DNA of 64,000 nucleotides from Patescibacteria group bacterium (GTDB lineage Bacteria; Patescibacteriota; Minisyncoccia; UBA6257; GWB1-50-10). The stretch lies in assembly GCA_024239035.1 (NCBI GenBank), contig JANBVK010000001.1:42262-106261 (forward strand), in the 5' to 3' direction. This document shows, one piece after another, positions 51,149-59,653 of this stretch; positions within the stretch are counted from its first letter, which is position 1, and every line of letters starts with the position of its first letter. The translations under genes were made by a program, and so were the position numbers. Under the pieces are notes generated by a model. It saw only the letters and a list, made by a program, of their open reading frames with translations, had not been told where the DNA came from and searched no databases.

Positions 51149-54100
51149 TTATTTCCTCCAATACACCTTAAAATTCTCAATTTCAGAAACTAACTCTTTT
51201 GCCGATTGGCCGTTGTACTGAATAGCTCTATCATCCACATATACATATGCAATGGGTTTCCCTGGGTTCTTTCCCTGCAATTCCAGATTGTGATTGATAA
51301 AATCAAATGGAATTGAAAACTTTTTGCAGTATTTTTCTAAAAATTCATTCCCCCGTGTTGAATGAATCAAGATCCGGTATCCCCTCTCCCTTAATGTTTT
51401 GATTGTCTCTACTACCTCCTGTATTGGCTCTTTAATATCGTCCGGGGACACGAAACCGGTATATTTAGCGATTGTTCCGTCAAAATCAAAAGCAATAATT
51501 CTTTCTTTAGGCACAGGGTTAATTCTACTATAACAGTCAAACGAGTGAACCGATACATTAGGGATTCTTTGGAATATTTCTTTGACTTCTGATAAATTCT
51601 TCGCCTTATCATTGTCAACAACCAGTAAAATCCCGTGCGACGCGCCGAAACCGTATATGTATCGGCTCATACTGACATACGAGGGAGATCGATCTATTTT
51701 TGTACCTTTGAGATCAGTACTGGAGGTGAGTTTAGTTTCGACCACAATGGGGCCAACGAAACCATATCTAACAAGGAAGTCTACCTTTTTACCGTCAAGT
51801 AGTTCTACCTCTCTATCTACATCAACTTCAAAGCCACGTTTTAACATAATTTGTTCGATTTTCGATTTGAGAGTCTTCTGAATAAGCTTCTCGTACGCCT
51901 GCTGTTTCGCGTCGTAAACCTTTTCACCAAGTATGAGGTCGTACGCGCCCTCGCCCTCAATCCACCGCCTCAAGTCTGTTTCCAGAGCGTCTTGAAGCTG
52001 TCTAAATAGGTCTGTAGAGGTTAATATCTTCTTATCATCATACGCTCGGGCATCATTGTATTTCTTTATTGCTTCTGAAATATTACGGGGTTTGCCTAAA
52101 TAGCCTAGATAGGACCGCCGGAGGTTTATCATCCGACTGGCAAGCCAATTCGCTCCGTCTCGGTCTTTCATTTCGGCAATTTTTCTCTCAAGCTGCCGCA
52201 GGGGATCGTAAACACGTTCGTCCTTTAGATTATCAAAGTATGCGTACACTATGCTCCAAAGATACTCCGCATACGCCTGAAACTCCTTGCTCCGGGCGAA
52301 TACACCCATGGCTTCCTCCAATAATTTAAGGTAGTCTGGTTCATAGCCATGGTGTTTGAGATCCATGAGTGGCTTAGCAAAACTCTTGCTGTGCTCTATT
52401 TCTTCTTCAAGACTATTTACTTTGTGCATGCCTGGGAGTCGTATGAATGCTGCTGCCCTTTGAACCACTTCACGCAACCGCCACTTGATTGCCTCTGCGT
52501 CACCCTGGGAAGTAATGAGGAGCCCATTGGCAATGTAGGCAAGTTTTTTCTCGTCCTCATTTTTACTTTCCTTGTAGAGGTTGAATATTTCTTTAAGGAA
52601 GGTGGGGTCAGAAGAAAGCGTACCAACGACGGTGAGTGATTGCTCCCGAGTGTATCTGTCGAGAGCGGATTCTTTAATGAAACCTTTTAGAATAGGGATA
52701 GCTTCAACGACATGATATTGCTCTACTGCCTCCACGAAGCTAGAAGTCATATGTTGCCAGAGATCCGATTTTCTACTTTTGTACACCTTAAGCACTCCCT
52801 CCATTTCTCCGGGCTTTATATCTTTTACTAACTCAAAGATAGTTTTGAGTTCGTCGTTGTAAGCAAAGGGAATGAAATTGAGGATATTCTGCCGAAAAGG
52901 GGTTATATCAATTTCAAGATGCTTTGCGGTAACGAGAGCGTCACCGAACACGAACACTGAACTACTGGTCGTATAAGTCTTGGAGCCGTCGTGTTGCGCT
53001 GTGATGGTAAGATCGTGCTTTACGGGGTCAACGAATTTGAAAATCGTACCTGTGATGAGTTCGGCAAGACGCTTTTTCTCATCGGTCGACACGAGGGGTT
53101 CTAGGCACTTGATATTTTTATTGTAAAACTCAAATACGGAATTACTGAATTTCCCTGGATTAGGTTCCAAAAGTGTCCGAAATTGTTGCAGGAGCTTTTC
53201 ATTCTGCATTTCGGTATGCGTATCCGGTTTTGCGCGTGCCTCCTCCCACTGCTTATATTCCTCGGAGAGCAGGGACCGGCCAGCTTCGTATATCTCATTA
53301 GCCCCTTCTCTTTTCGAGAATTTCATCCTTGACATGACTGAAGCCGCGGAGTCTTTCTCTCCCATTGCAATCATTACTTCGATATAGCGCGGCACGTCTT
53401 CTTTCTCAATAACCTCCGCAAAAAATCTGTGCGCGAAATACAGACCAGTTTTGCCATCCTCGCTTTTCTTTATACGCTCGACCATTTCGGTGACGAAATT
53501 CGGGTCGCCCCTCCGCAGAAGTTTCCACAGACCAACGATAAACGTGGAGTGCTCCGCGTCATGTGCGATGTTGTAGTTTACGGAGCGCACCAGCGTCTCC
53601 TTGCACAGCTTTTTTATTTCGTCGTCAAGAACAGCTTCGATGTGTTCAACAAGTACGTGGTCTTCATCCTGGAATATCCGCGTATCGTTGATGAACTCGC
53701 GCCGGAAGTTCTCATCTACGTTGTACGTTTTTAAAAAGCTCTCTATCGAAGCTCTTTTCTTTAATGCGAAAATACCGTACCTACCGTGGAATTCGTTTCT
53801 CCTGATAGCCTCGAAAAAGTAACCAAGGGATTTTGGATTTTCAGGATTGAGCTCCACACACATATCGAGAAATTCCCTCCTTACAAGCTCGTCCGACTCC
53901 ATGAGATTGGGCAGTTCATCTATGACCGACGGATCACGCAGCCATGTGAGCGCCAGGAGCGCGTGCCGCTGCAGCACGCCGTTTTCGTTTTTGTCGCCCG
54001 CGTACTCGATGAGTTTGCCGCGCCAATATGACCGATCTAACGAGACACCCCGTCTAAACAGGTAAGCGATCACGTAGACGATGTTTCCGAGCGGCACGAA

Positions 54101-55504
54101 ACGAGCAGCATTTTTTTCTTTATCCGCTTTTGTGATTCCCGCTTTAAGTTTTCCCTCAAGCGTGTTGTCGAAAAAGCTTGGTAATGCTGAAGTGAGTTGG
54201 CCGGGCAACCATTGCAGAGTTCGCTGATGGTAATCCATAGCAAGTATAAATATCTGACGTCGGAGTTCCAATGGTACGTTGCGCGGATCTACCCTACTTA
54301 GAAACACCAAGAAACCCTCGTCGATAAGCTTGAATTGTGTGCCGCGCAGGCCCGAAAAATCAACAAGTTGTCCGAGTAAATCCGGCCGCATGTCTACCAA
54401 GAACGTCAGCGCGTTAAACCATGTTGGGTACATTTCTTTAGCGTCAGGGTCGATTGCAAAGCCAGCCGCCGCCCGGTTTGGATCGGGAAAGCGCGATATC
54501 TCTTTGGCGGCGAGATACTCTTGAAACTCCGTATTATCAAACTCGACCGTGTCCACATTATTTTTCAGCAGAGATTTATCGAAGAAAATTTCAAGTTCAA
54601 TTTGTGTGAGAGCCACAAGTTTTAGGTCAGATTTTATTTCGTCGAAAAAAGTCATAAGCTCATCCTTAGAGATTACATTTGTTTGGTATATCTCCATGGT
54701 GAGGGCGAGTTTTTCCAGCACACGCTTTATGATGGCACGTTTGTCAGCATTAAGTTTCTTATCTTCGAGTTCAAGCTTCGAGTAAATGAAATACTCGAAA
54801 AGTTTGTTGCGTGAGACCTCAGCAGCGGCTGGGATCCCTTTTTCCTCCAAGAATTTCTCCAGATATGAAAGGTATCGAGGTATCTGTATAACGAGCATTC
54901 TATGACTGAAAGGCATAATCCGACCCAGCAACGCGTCTATGTCGCTATCGGAATGTTTCGCTGCTCGTAGATACTCCCGTACCTGCCCTTGAGTGAATGG
55001 AGAAATAGTTATGAAACGGTAGTTGGGAAATGACGTGGCGTGTTGGTTAATAAAAATCCACCGAGAGGACAAAAATATAGGTAGGTTGGGATACCTAGTG
55101 GAAACCTCCTCGATTTTTTGCAGAACCGCTGGAAACAAGCTTGACTGAACCTCGTCCAGAGCATCTAGTAAGAGCGCTTTTGGTGCTTCAGTTTCAGTCG
55201 TCACAAAAATGTCAATGCGATCCATGGCGTTTGGTTGTCGAAGACCAACCAGCTCCGTCACACACCCATCCGTATCAAGTTGATCCTTTATCTTGCCGAG
55301 AAGCATAGATTTGCCAACGCCCGGTTCTCCCACAATTAGAGTACGCTGGCCTTTAATAATATCTACAATTCCAAGGCGTTCCTCGTCGTCAAAAATTGAG
55401 ACTCCTTGGAATTTATCGTAAAACTCCTTAGCCTCGGCGAATATCGAGTAGATCTTTGTGATAGGGATGATGTATTTATCAGCACTATTAATTTTTGTAG
55501 TCAT
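51149..55504 (-). CDS. NACHT/STAND NTPase with C-terminal PD-(D/E)XK nuclease and HAD phosphatase domains (putative defence protein)
   Basis: Walker A GEPGVGKS, Walker B LLLDALDE, LSSR, FQEYLAA; E..IQ...REV...KVDF...VVETK; FDFDGT...K.IA.VYVDD. Confidence 0.85.
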   Translation of the reverse strand: MTTKINSADKYIIPITKIYSIFAEAKEFYDKFQGVSIFDDEERLGIVDIIKGQRTLIVGEPGVGKSMLLGKIKDQLDTDGCVTELVGLRQPNAMDRIDIFVTTETEAPKALLLDALDEVQSSLFPAVLQKIEEVSTRYPNLPIFLSSRWIFINQHATSFPNYRFITISPFTQGQVREYLRAAKHSDSDIDALLGRIMPFSHRMLVIQIPRYLSYLEKFLEEKGIPAAAEVSRNKLFEYFIYSKLELEDKKLNADKRAIIKRVLEKLALTMEIYQTNVISKDELMTFFDEIKSDLKLVALTQIELEIFFDKSLLKNNVDTVEFDNTEFQEYLAAKEISRFPDPNRAAAGFAIDPDAKEMYPTWFNALTFLVDMRPDLLGQLVDFSGLRGTQFKLIDEGFLVFLSRVDPRNVPLELRRQIFILAMDYHQRTLQWLPGQLTSALPSFFDNTLEGKLKAGITKADKEKNAARFVPLGNIVYVIAYLFRRGVSLDRSYWRGKLIEYAGDKNENGVLQRHALLALTWLRDPSVIDELPNLMESDELVRREFLDMCVELNPENPKSLGYFFEAIRRNEFHGRYGIFALKKRASIESFLKTYNVDENFRREFINDTRIFQDEDHVLVEHIEAVLDDEIKKLCKETLVRSVNYNIAHDAEHSTFIVGLWKLLRRGDPNFVTEMVERIKKSEDGKTGLYFAHRFFAEVIEKEDVPRYIEVMIAMGEKDSAASVMSRMKFSKREGANEIYEAGRSLLSEEYKQWEEARAKPDTHTEMQNEKLLQQFRTLLEPNPGKFSNSVFEFYNKNIKCLEPLVSTDEKKRLAELITGTIFKFVDPVKHDLTITAQHDGSKTYTTSSSVFVFGDALVTAKHLEIDITPFRQNILNFIPFAYNDELKTIFELVKDIKPGEMEGVLKVYKSRKSDLWQHMTSSFVEAVEQYHVVEAIPILKGFIKESALDRYTREQSLTVVGTLSSDPTFLKEIFNLYKESKNEDEKKLAYIANGLLITSQGDAEAIKWRLREVVQRAAAFIRLPGMHKVNSLEEEIEHSKSFAKPLMDLKHHGYEPDYLKLLEEAMGVFARSKEFQAYAEYLWSIVYAYFDNLKDERVYDPLRQLERKIAEMKDRDGANWLASRMINLRRSYLGYLGKPRNISEAIKKYNDARAYDDKKILTSTDLFRQLQDALETDLRRWIEGEGAYDLILGEKVYDAKQQAYEKLIQKTLKSKIEQIMLKRGFEVDVDREVELLDGKKVDFLVRYGFVGPIVVETKLTSSTDLKGTKIDRSPSYVSMSRYIYGFGASHGILLVVDNDKAKNLSEVKEIFQRIPNVSVHSFDCYSRINPVPKERIIAFDFDGTIAKYTGFVSPDDIKEPIQEVVETIKTLRERGYRILIHSTRGNEFLEKYCKKFSIPFDFINHNLELQGKNPGKPIAYVYVDDRAIQYNGQSAKELVSEIENFKVYWRK

Positions 55505-55559
55505 ATTTTTACTTCATTAATCCTCCAATCCCCCACTCTAGAACACTATAAATACAAAA

Positions 55560-55840
55560 ATATCCCGCTACAAGAGCGGGATATCAAACCATCCTAACCT
55601 CCTCGCCATAATCCCGAAATACGTATTTTAATACGTATTTAAATACGTACTTTTATTATACCTTTCCAACCCCTCAACAAACCAGAGAATGATATGACGC
55701 GTCATATCACCTCTTCCACCACTCTCCAGAAACAGTATGACATGTCATACTGTTCATCTTCACAACAAATAGGGGTGTGATGACATGTCATCACACCCCT
55801 TTAAACCAACCATTCGCTAACCCACTACAAGAGCGGGTTA
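55560..55840. repeat. cluster of regularly spaced palindromes
   Basis: Perfect palindromes at 55690-55709, 55731-55754 and 55771-55800; related ACAAG-loop pair at 55560-55584 and 55818-55840; three AAATACGTATTT-like units at 55617-55652. Confidence 0.9.
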
Positions 55841-55969
55841 TTTTTATTAATACTGGGCAGGGAAATCGAACAAAATAATTTGACTAGCAAATTATTTTTT
55901 TAAAACCCTCGGTTTTAAATCCGTTGCACTCATTCCTACACAGGGGAACCTCGAACTTTCCCCCGACCC

Positions 55970-55989
55970 CCTGCCTACCGGCAGGCAGG
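55970..55989. repeat. short palindromic repeat CCTGCCTACCGGCAGGCAGG
   Basis: Imperfect palindrome with degenerate copies inside murC and dnaX. Confidence 0.7.
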
Positions 55990-56062
55990 CCTTTCGTGTT
56001 CGAATCATTGCTGCCGGGTACTTCAACTCACTGCGCTCGCTCAGCACGGGCAGGGATTCTCA

Positions 56063-56305
56063 CTACTCTCTTTTAACTAAATCTAACTTCTTTTCTCTGC
56101 GCCAACCTTTTATCTGTGCCTCACGTTTTAATGCCTCATTCTTCGTCTTGAATGTTTCTGTGTAAATAATCTTTTCTACTTTATGCGATGCAGTATAGTG
56201 ACCACCAATCTTGTCTTTGTGTTCCTTAAGTCTCCGTTCAATATCATTCGTGATACCGGTATATAAGCTAGCGTCTTCACATTGAACAATGTAGACATAG
56301 TACAT
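56063..56305 (-). CDS. GIY-YIG nuclease (UPF0213/YhbQ family)
   Basis: YYVYIV, LYTGIT, RRLKEH, EALKREAQIK. Confidence 0.93.
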   Translation of the reverse strand: MYYVYIVQCEDASLYTGITNDIERRLKEHKDKIGGHYTASHKVEKIIYTETFKTKNEALKREAQIKGWRREKKLDLVKRE

Positions 56306-56317
56306 AATTTGAAAGAG

Positions 56318-56410
56318 GTCCTTCGGCTTCGCTCAGGACACTTCGCCTCGCGTTATTGTTGAAGATGGCTTGCACTGAGCGAGCCCTTTATTTAAGGGCG
56401 AGTCGAAGTG
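56318..56410. repeat. REP-like palindrome cluster next to the GIY-YIG gene
   Basis: GTCCTTCGGCTTCGCTCAGGAC and CACTGAGCGAGCCCTT...AAGGGCGAGTCGAAGTG; a related copy at 56019-56046 and a distant relative near 42445-42474. Confidence 0.7.
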
Positions 56411-56481
56411 CTGCCGGGCAGGGATTCGAACCCCGATACCCAGGACCAAAACCTGGTGTCCTACCGTTAGACGACCCGGCA
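56411..56481 (-). tRNA. tRNA-Gln (anticodon TTG), CCA not encoded
   Basis: Cloverleaf: TGCCGGG acceptor stem, CCAGG-TT TTG GT-CCTGG anticodon arm, GGTTCGAATCC T-arm. Confidence 0.95.
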
Positions 56482-56496
56482 AATACAAAAAACCTA

Positions 56497-56538
56497 TTTT
56501 AAAATTCTGACACAAATCCCCGTTTCTAGCAATTTTTA
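56497..56538 (-). promoter_or_regulatory. tRNA-Gln promoter (TTGCTA-17-CAGAAT), duplicated at 59491-59531
   Basis: About 40-bp near-identical direct repeat; -35/-10 spacing of 17 nt. Confidence 0.6.
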
Positions 56539-56612
56539 CAGCCACCCCACAACGTCTCCCAACAAACGTCCTGACGCCTATCAGGATATTTTTTTGTGCT
56601 AAAATATACAAT

Positions 56613-57248
56613 GTGAAATTATATTTTGTTCGTCACGGAGAAACACAAACCAATAAAAAGGAAACCATTAGTGCGGCGGACGATAAACTTACATCGCTTG
56701 GCGTCAAACAAGCAGAAATTCTTGCAAAAAGATTCTCTAATATTACCGTTGATCTAGTACTGGCAAGTCCCTATCTTCGTGCTCAGAAAACAGCGGAAAT
56801 AATAAATACTACTCTTAAAAAGGAGATTGTCTCAACCAAGCTCTTAAAAGAAAGGAAATGGCCTAAAGAAATTGAGGGTGAACCACTTCAAGATCCCAGT
56901 GTAACAAAGTTATTAAACTTAGTAAGAGATAAGAGCTTAATCAACCCAAAGTGGCATTATAGTGACGAAGAAAACTTTTTCGATACAAAAGAAAGAGCAC
57001 GGCTATTTTTGGATTATCTTAATAAATTTTCTGAAAAATACATTCTTGCTGTTGCGCATGAATATATTTTAAAAGTAATTCTAGCCGTAATGATGCACGG
57101 TGAGAGTTTGTCTTATGAAATTTTTAGAAATTTCTTCCTTTTCACAAAATTAGATAATACCTCCCTAACGATCTGTGAAAAAAAGGAAAATGATCGCTGG
57201 AGACTTATCGTTCTGAACGATATCATGCACCTTGGAGAGATAAAATAG
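56613..57248 (+). CDS. histidine phosphatase family protein
   Basis: FVRHGET, SPYLRA.KTA, AVAHE, LDNTS. Confidence 0.92.
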   Translation: MKLYFVRHGETQTNKKETISAADDKLTSLGVKQAEILAKRFSNITVDLVLASPYLRAQKTAEIINTTLKKEIVSTKLLKERKWPKEIEGEPLQDPSVTKLLNLVRDKSLINPKWHYSDEENFFDTKERARLFLDYLNKFSEKYILAVAHEYILKVILAVMMHGESLSYEIFRNFFLFTKLDNTSLTICEKKENDRWRLIVLNDIMHLGEIK

Positions 57249-57344
57249 AAGTATCCCGGCTTTACACCGCTCCAACAAACATCCTACCTTGACCTTCCGG
57301 AAAAAATAAGATATTAATAAAATAGATTCTTTTCGGAGGTTATA

Positions 57345-57809
57345 ATGACTGTGATTGAACTCACAGCGCTCATTGAGGTGCCCTGCCTCAATTGCGGGAA
57401 GCCGGTAGCCGCGGCAGTCACAGGACGAGACGAATGCATAGAGCTTGACGAGAAAAGTTTAGTTGTTTACAACCGAACTTTCCCAGACAGCACCGGGTTC
57501 GTAGGCATATGCTCTTCTTGTTTATCCCAACTCTCTATCCCCCGATACATCTCGGGGATCGCATACTACTCATGCGGCGGGAAAGTTAACGGACAACACT
57601 GCCCCAACACGATCCTCTGCCTTGTCTCGGCTTTTGGAGATCAAAAAGTCTTTGGGGGAAGAGCTGTTTTCGAACCCAAAAGCGAGCGGTGGCTTTACGA
57701 CGTGTCTGAAACGAAATGCAACTCCTGCCTCAAAGCATTGCGGCCACTCGCACAACTCAAGCGGTTCGTCCAGCAGTTTATATCTGCTCTGCATGAACCC
57801 ACAGTTTAG
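57345..57809 (+). CDS. Cys-rich (multiple zinc-ribbon) ORFan
   Basis: GGAGG SD; CLNC, CSSC, C...CPN, CNSC. Confidence 0.65.
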   Translation: MTVIELTALIEVPCLNCGKPVAAAVTGRDECIELDEKSLVVYNRTFPDSTGFVGICSSCLSQLSIPRYISGIAYYSCGGKVNGQHCPNTILCLVSAFGDQKVFGGRAVFEPKSERWLYDVSETKCNSCLKALRPLAQLKRFVQQFISALHEPTV

Positions 57810-57857
57810 AACGCCCAAAGCATAAAAAGTGCTACGGGCGTTCTTTCATTTTCCCAC

Positions 57858-57896
57858 ATCCTCACTTCATCCACATACGTGGGACTAGTGAGGACG
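57858..57896. repeat. third copy of the CCACAT/ATGTGG palindrome family
   Basis: Its reverse complement CGTCCTCACTAGTCCCACGTATGTGGATGAAGTGAGGAT matches the 18351-18393 and 19109-19147 palindromes. Confidence 0.75.
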
Positions 57897-57984
57897 CCTT
57901 TTCCTGCCTGATCCTCCTTTTAAATAAAAAGAGCCCCGCGCTTTGCGCAGGGCTCACGATGACGTGTTATATTGAAACTTTTTC

Positions 57985-59412
57985 TTACACGCCAAGATAC
58001 TGTTCCGCACGGCTAGCAACTGCTAGCGCCTGTTCTTTCGCGTCGCCCGTGTATCGTTCAGGATGGCGCAGTAATTCAATGACGTCGCGAGGAATGCGAT
58101 CAAGAGCTTGAGTAATTACCCCATCATCGCTCCCGGCACATTCAGCAAGCACTTCGATGAAAGACCGACCGCTCGATCTGACTTTTGGTACAAGCTTCCA
58201 GTTGACCAGCTCGTGGGCATCGCCCTCGTAACCGGCCATCTGAAGAGCAATGTAGAGCGGCTCGGCTAAAATCACATTGGCACTCATCGCAAGATTTCGC
58301 TCTAGCGCTTCCCCGTCCACCGTAATTCGGGCAAGCCACGGCGTCCCGCTCTTGTCACACCGCAACAGTGTATCAAGCTGCTGCTGAAGATTTACCACAA
58401 TGATTGGGAAATCCCGGGAAACGGAACTCCCTACCAAATCGCGCTGGTGTTCACTGATGAGCGTCTGCTGTACCTTGAAAAACTCGGCGAGATTCCTGGT
58501 GAACATACCCTCAAGATTTTCAAAGTTAATTGGGTTGCGCTTGTGGGCCATGGTTGATGAACCGACCTGCCCCGACTCAAACGCTTCCGCAATCTCACCG
58601 ATCTCACTGCGCATGAGATGCCGACCATCCCTGCCAAACTGAGCAAAAGCCGCCGACATCATCACGCAGGAGAAAAGATAATAAGCGAGCCCCTCCGGCG
58701 GCAAAATCTGAGTACTGATCATAGCCGGTTTGAGACCAAGTTTTGCAAGCACGCGCTCTTCAAAACTCTTATCGCAGCAGCAGTCCGTAAATTGCAAACC
58801 GTACTGCGCGTTGTGGGCTCCAACCGCACCGGAGATTTTACCTTCCAGAAGTGACGCATACCTGTCCATCTCCTGCGCGTTGCGCAGGATTCGGTCAAGA
58901 ATTGTCGCGAGCCAAAAACCGACGGTGACCGGAAGGGCATGCTGGCCGTGAGTTCTGCCAATCTGCGCAACGTCGGCAAAACGCCGCACCATATCAATAA
59001 AAATAGAAACCACTTCTTTCACTGACGGCTTGATGACATCGTTGTGCGCGCGAACAAACTGTAGAACGCGGCCGGTTGAAATCGGATCATAGCTTGTGAG
59101 CGGGACATGAAGCCACCGACCCAACTTCGGATCCAGAATTTCCTGAGCGCGCCGCACCCATGCGCGAATGTCATGTTTTGTAATCTCGCGTTCAATCCTA
59201 TCAACCTCCGTAGTCGGAATCGCAAGAATTAAATCGCGTTTCTCCGGCGTGAGCAGAGCCATCTCATCGTCTGGGATAACACCAATCTCACCCAAGACCT
59301 CAAGCGTTGCAAGTTCAACCTCTGCTACGGTCTGGTAGAGACGGTCATAGCCAAATACCGGTTCGAGCTTCTGAGGCTGGTATCGGGGATTCCCCGGGAG
59401 AGCAGTATTCAC
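57985..59412 (-). CDS. purB: adenylosuccinate lyase
   Basis: ITKHDI, TSYD, GRTHGQHA, SGAVG, GSSTMAHKRNP; AGGAGG SD with GTG start. Confidence 0.9.
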   Translation of the reverse strand: MNTALPGNPRYQPQKLEPVFGYDRLYQTVAEVELATLEVLGEIGVIPDDEMALLTPEKRDLILAIPTTEVDRIEREITKHDIRAWVRRAQEILDPKLGRWLHVPLTSYDPISTGRVLQFVRAHNDVIKPSVKEVVSIFIDMVRRFADVAQIGRTHGQHALPVTVGFWLATILDRILRNAQEMDRYASLLEGKISGAVGAHNAQYGLQFTDCCCDKSFEERVLAKLGLKPAMISTQILPPEGLAYYLFSCVMMSAAFAQFGRDGRHLMRSEIGEIAEAFESGQVGSSTMAHKRNPINFENLEGMFTRNLAEFFKVQQTLISEHQRDLVGSSVSRDFPIIVVNLQQQLDTLLRCDKSGTPWLARITVDGEALERNLAMSANVILAEPLYIALQMAGYEGDAHELVNWKLVPKVRSSGRSFIEVLAECAGSDDGVITQALDRIPRDVIELLRHPERYTGDAKEQALAVASRAEQYLGV

Positions 59413-59653
59413 GGATTCCTCCTGTTGTGCGAAATTAAGTTAAAGAGCAAAGAAAAAGGGCTTATAAAAAGCTATCACGTTTTTCAATAATTTCAAAATT
59501 CTGACACAAATCCCTTTTTCTAGCAATTTTATGCAATAAAAACCTAACGGCTCAACGAGGATTATCGTTGAGCCGTTCAGATTACCATCCCCCACATCTT
59601 CGCTTTGAAACTATAAATTTCAGACCGACCCACAAAAGCTTTATACTGTTAAG

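Larger units (their letters stand above)
50127..56427. mobile_element. putative genomic island integrated at the 3' end of tRNA-Gln (no integrase present)
   Basis: GAAGTGCTGCC occurs at 50127-50137 and 56405-56415; internal partial tRNA 3' copies at 55853-55871 and 56009-56059; accessory cargo. Confidence 0.5.

Noticed and set aside
51412-55597. Numerous 60-100-aa ORFs overlapping the STAND gene (and similar overlaps elsewhere, e.g. in purB)
   Set aside because: Antisense or alternate-frame shadows with no motifs or initiation signals.
55560-55840. CRISPR or TIGR array
   Set aside because: The units are not identical repeats with unique spacers, and I see no cas or Nop-domain (Tas) gene in the window; kept as an unexplained palindrome array.
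56333-56611. 92-aa ORF
   Set aside because: It overlaps tRNA-Gln and REP-like repeats.
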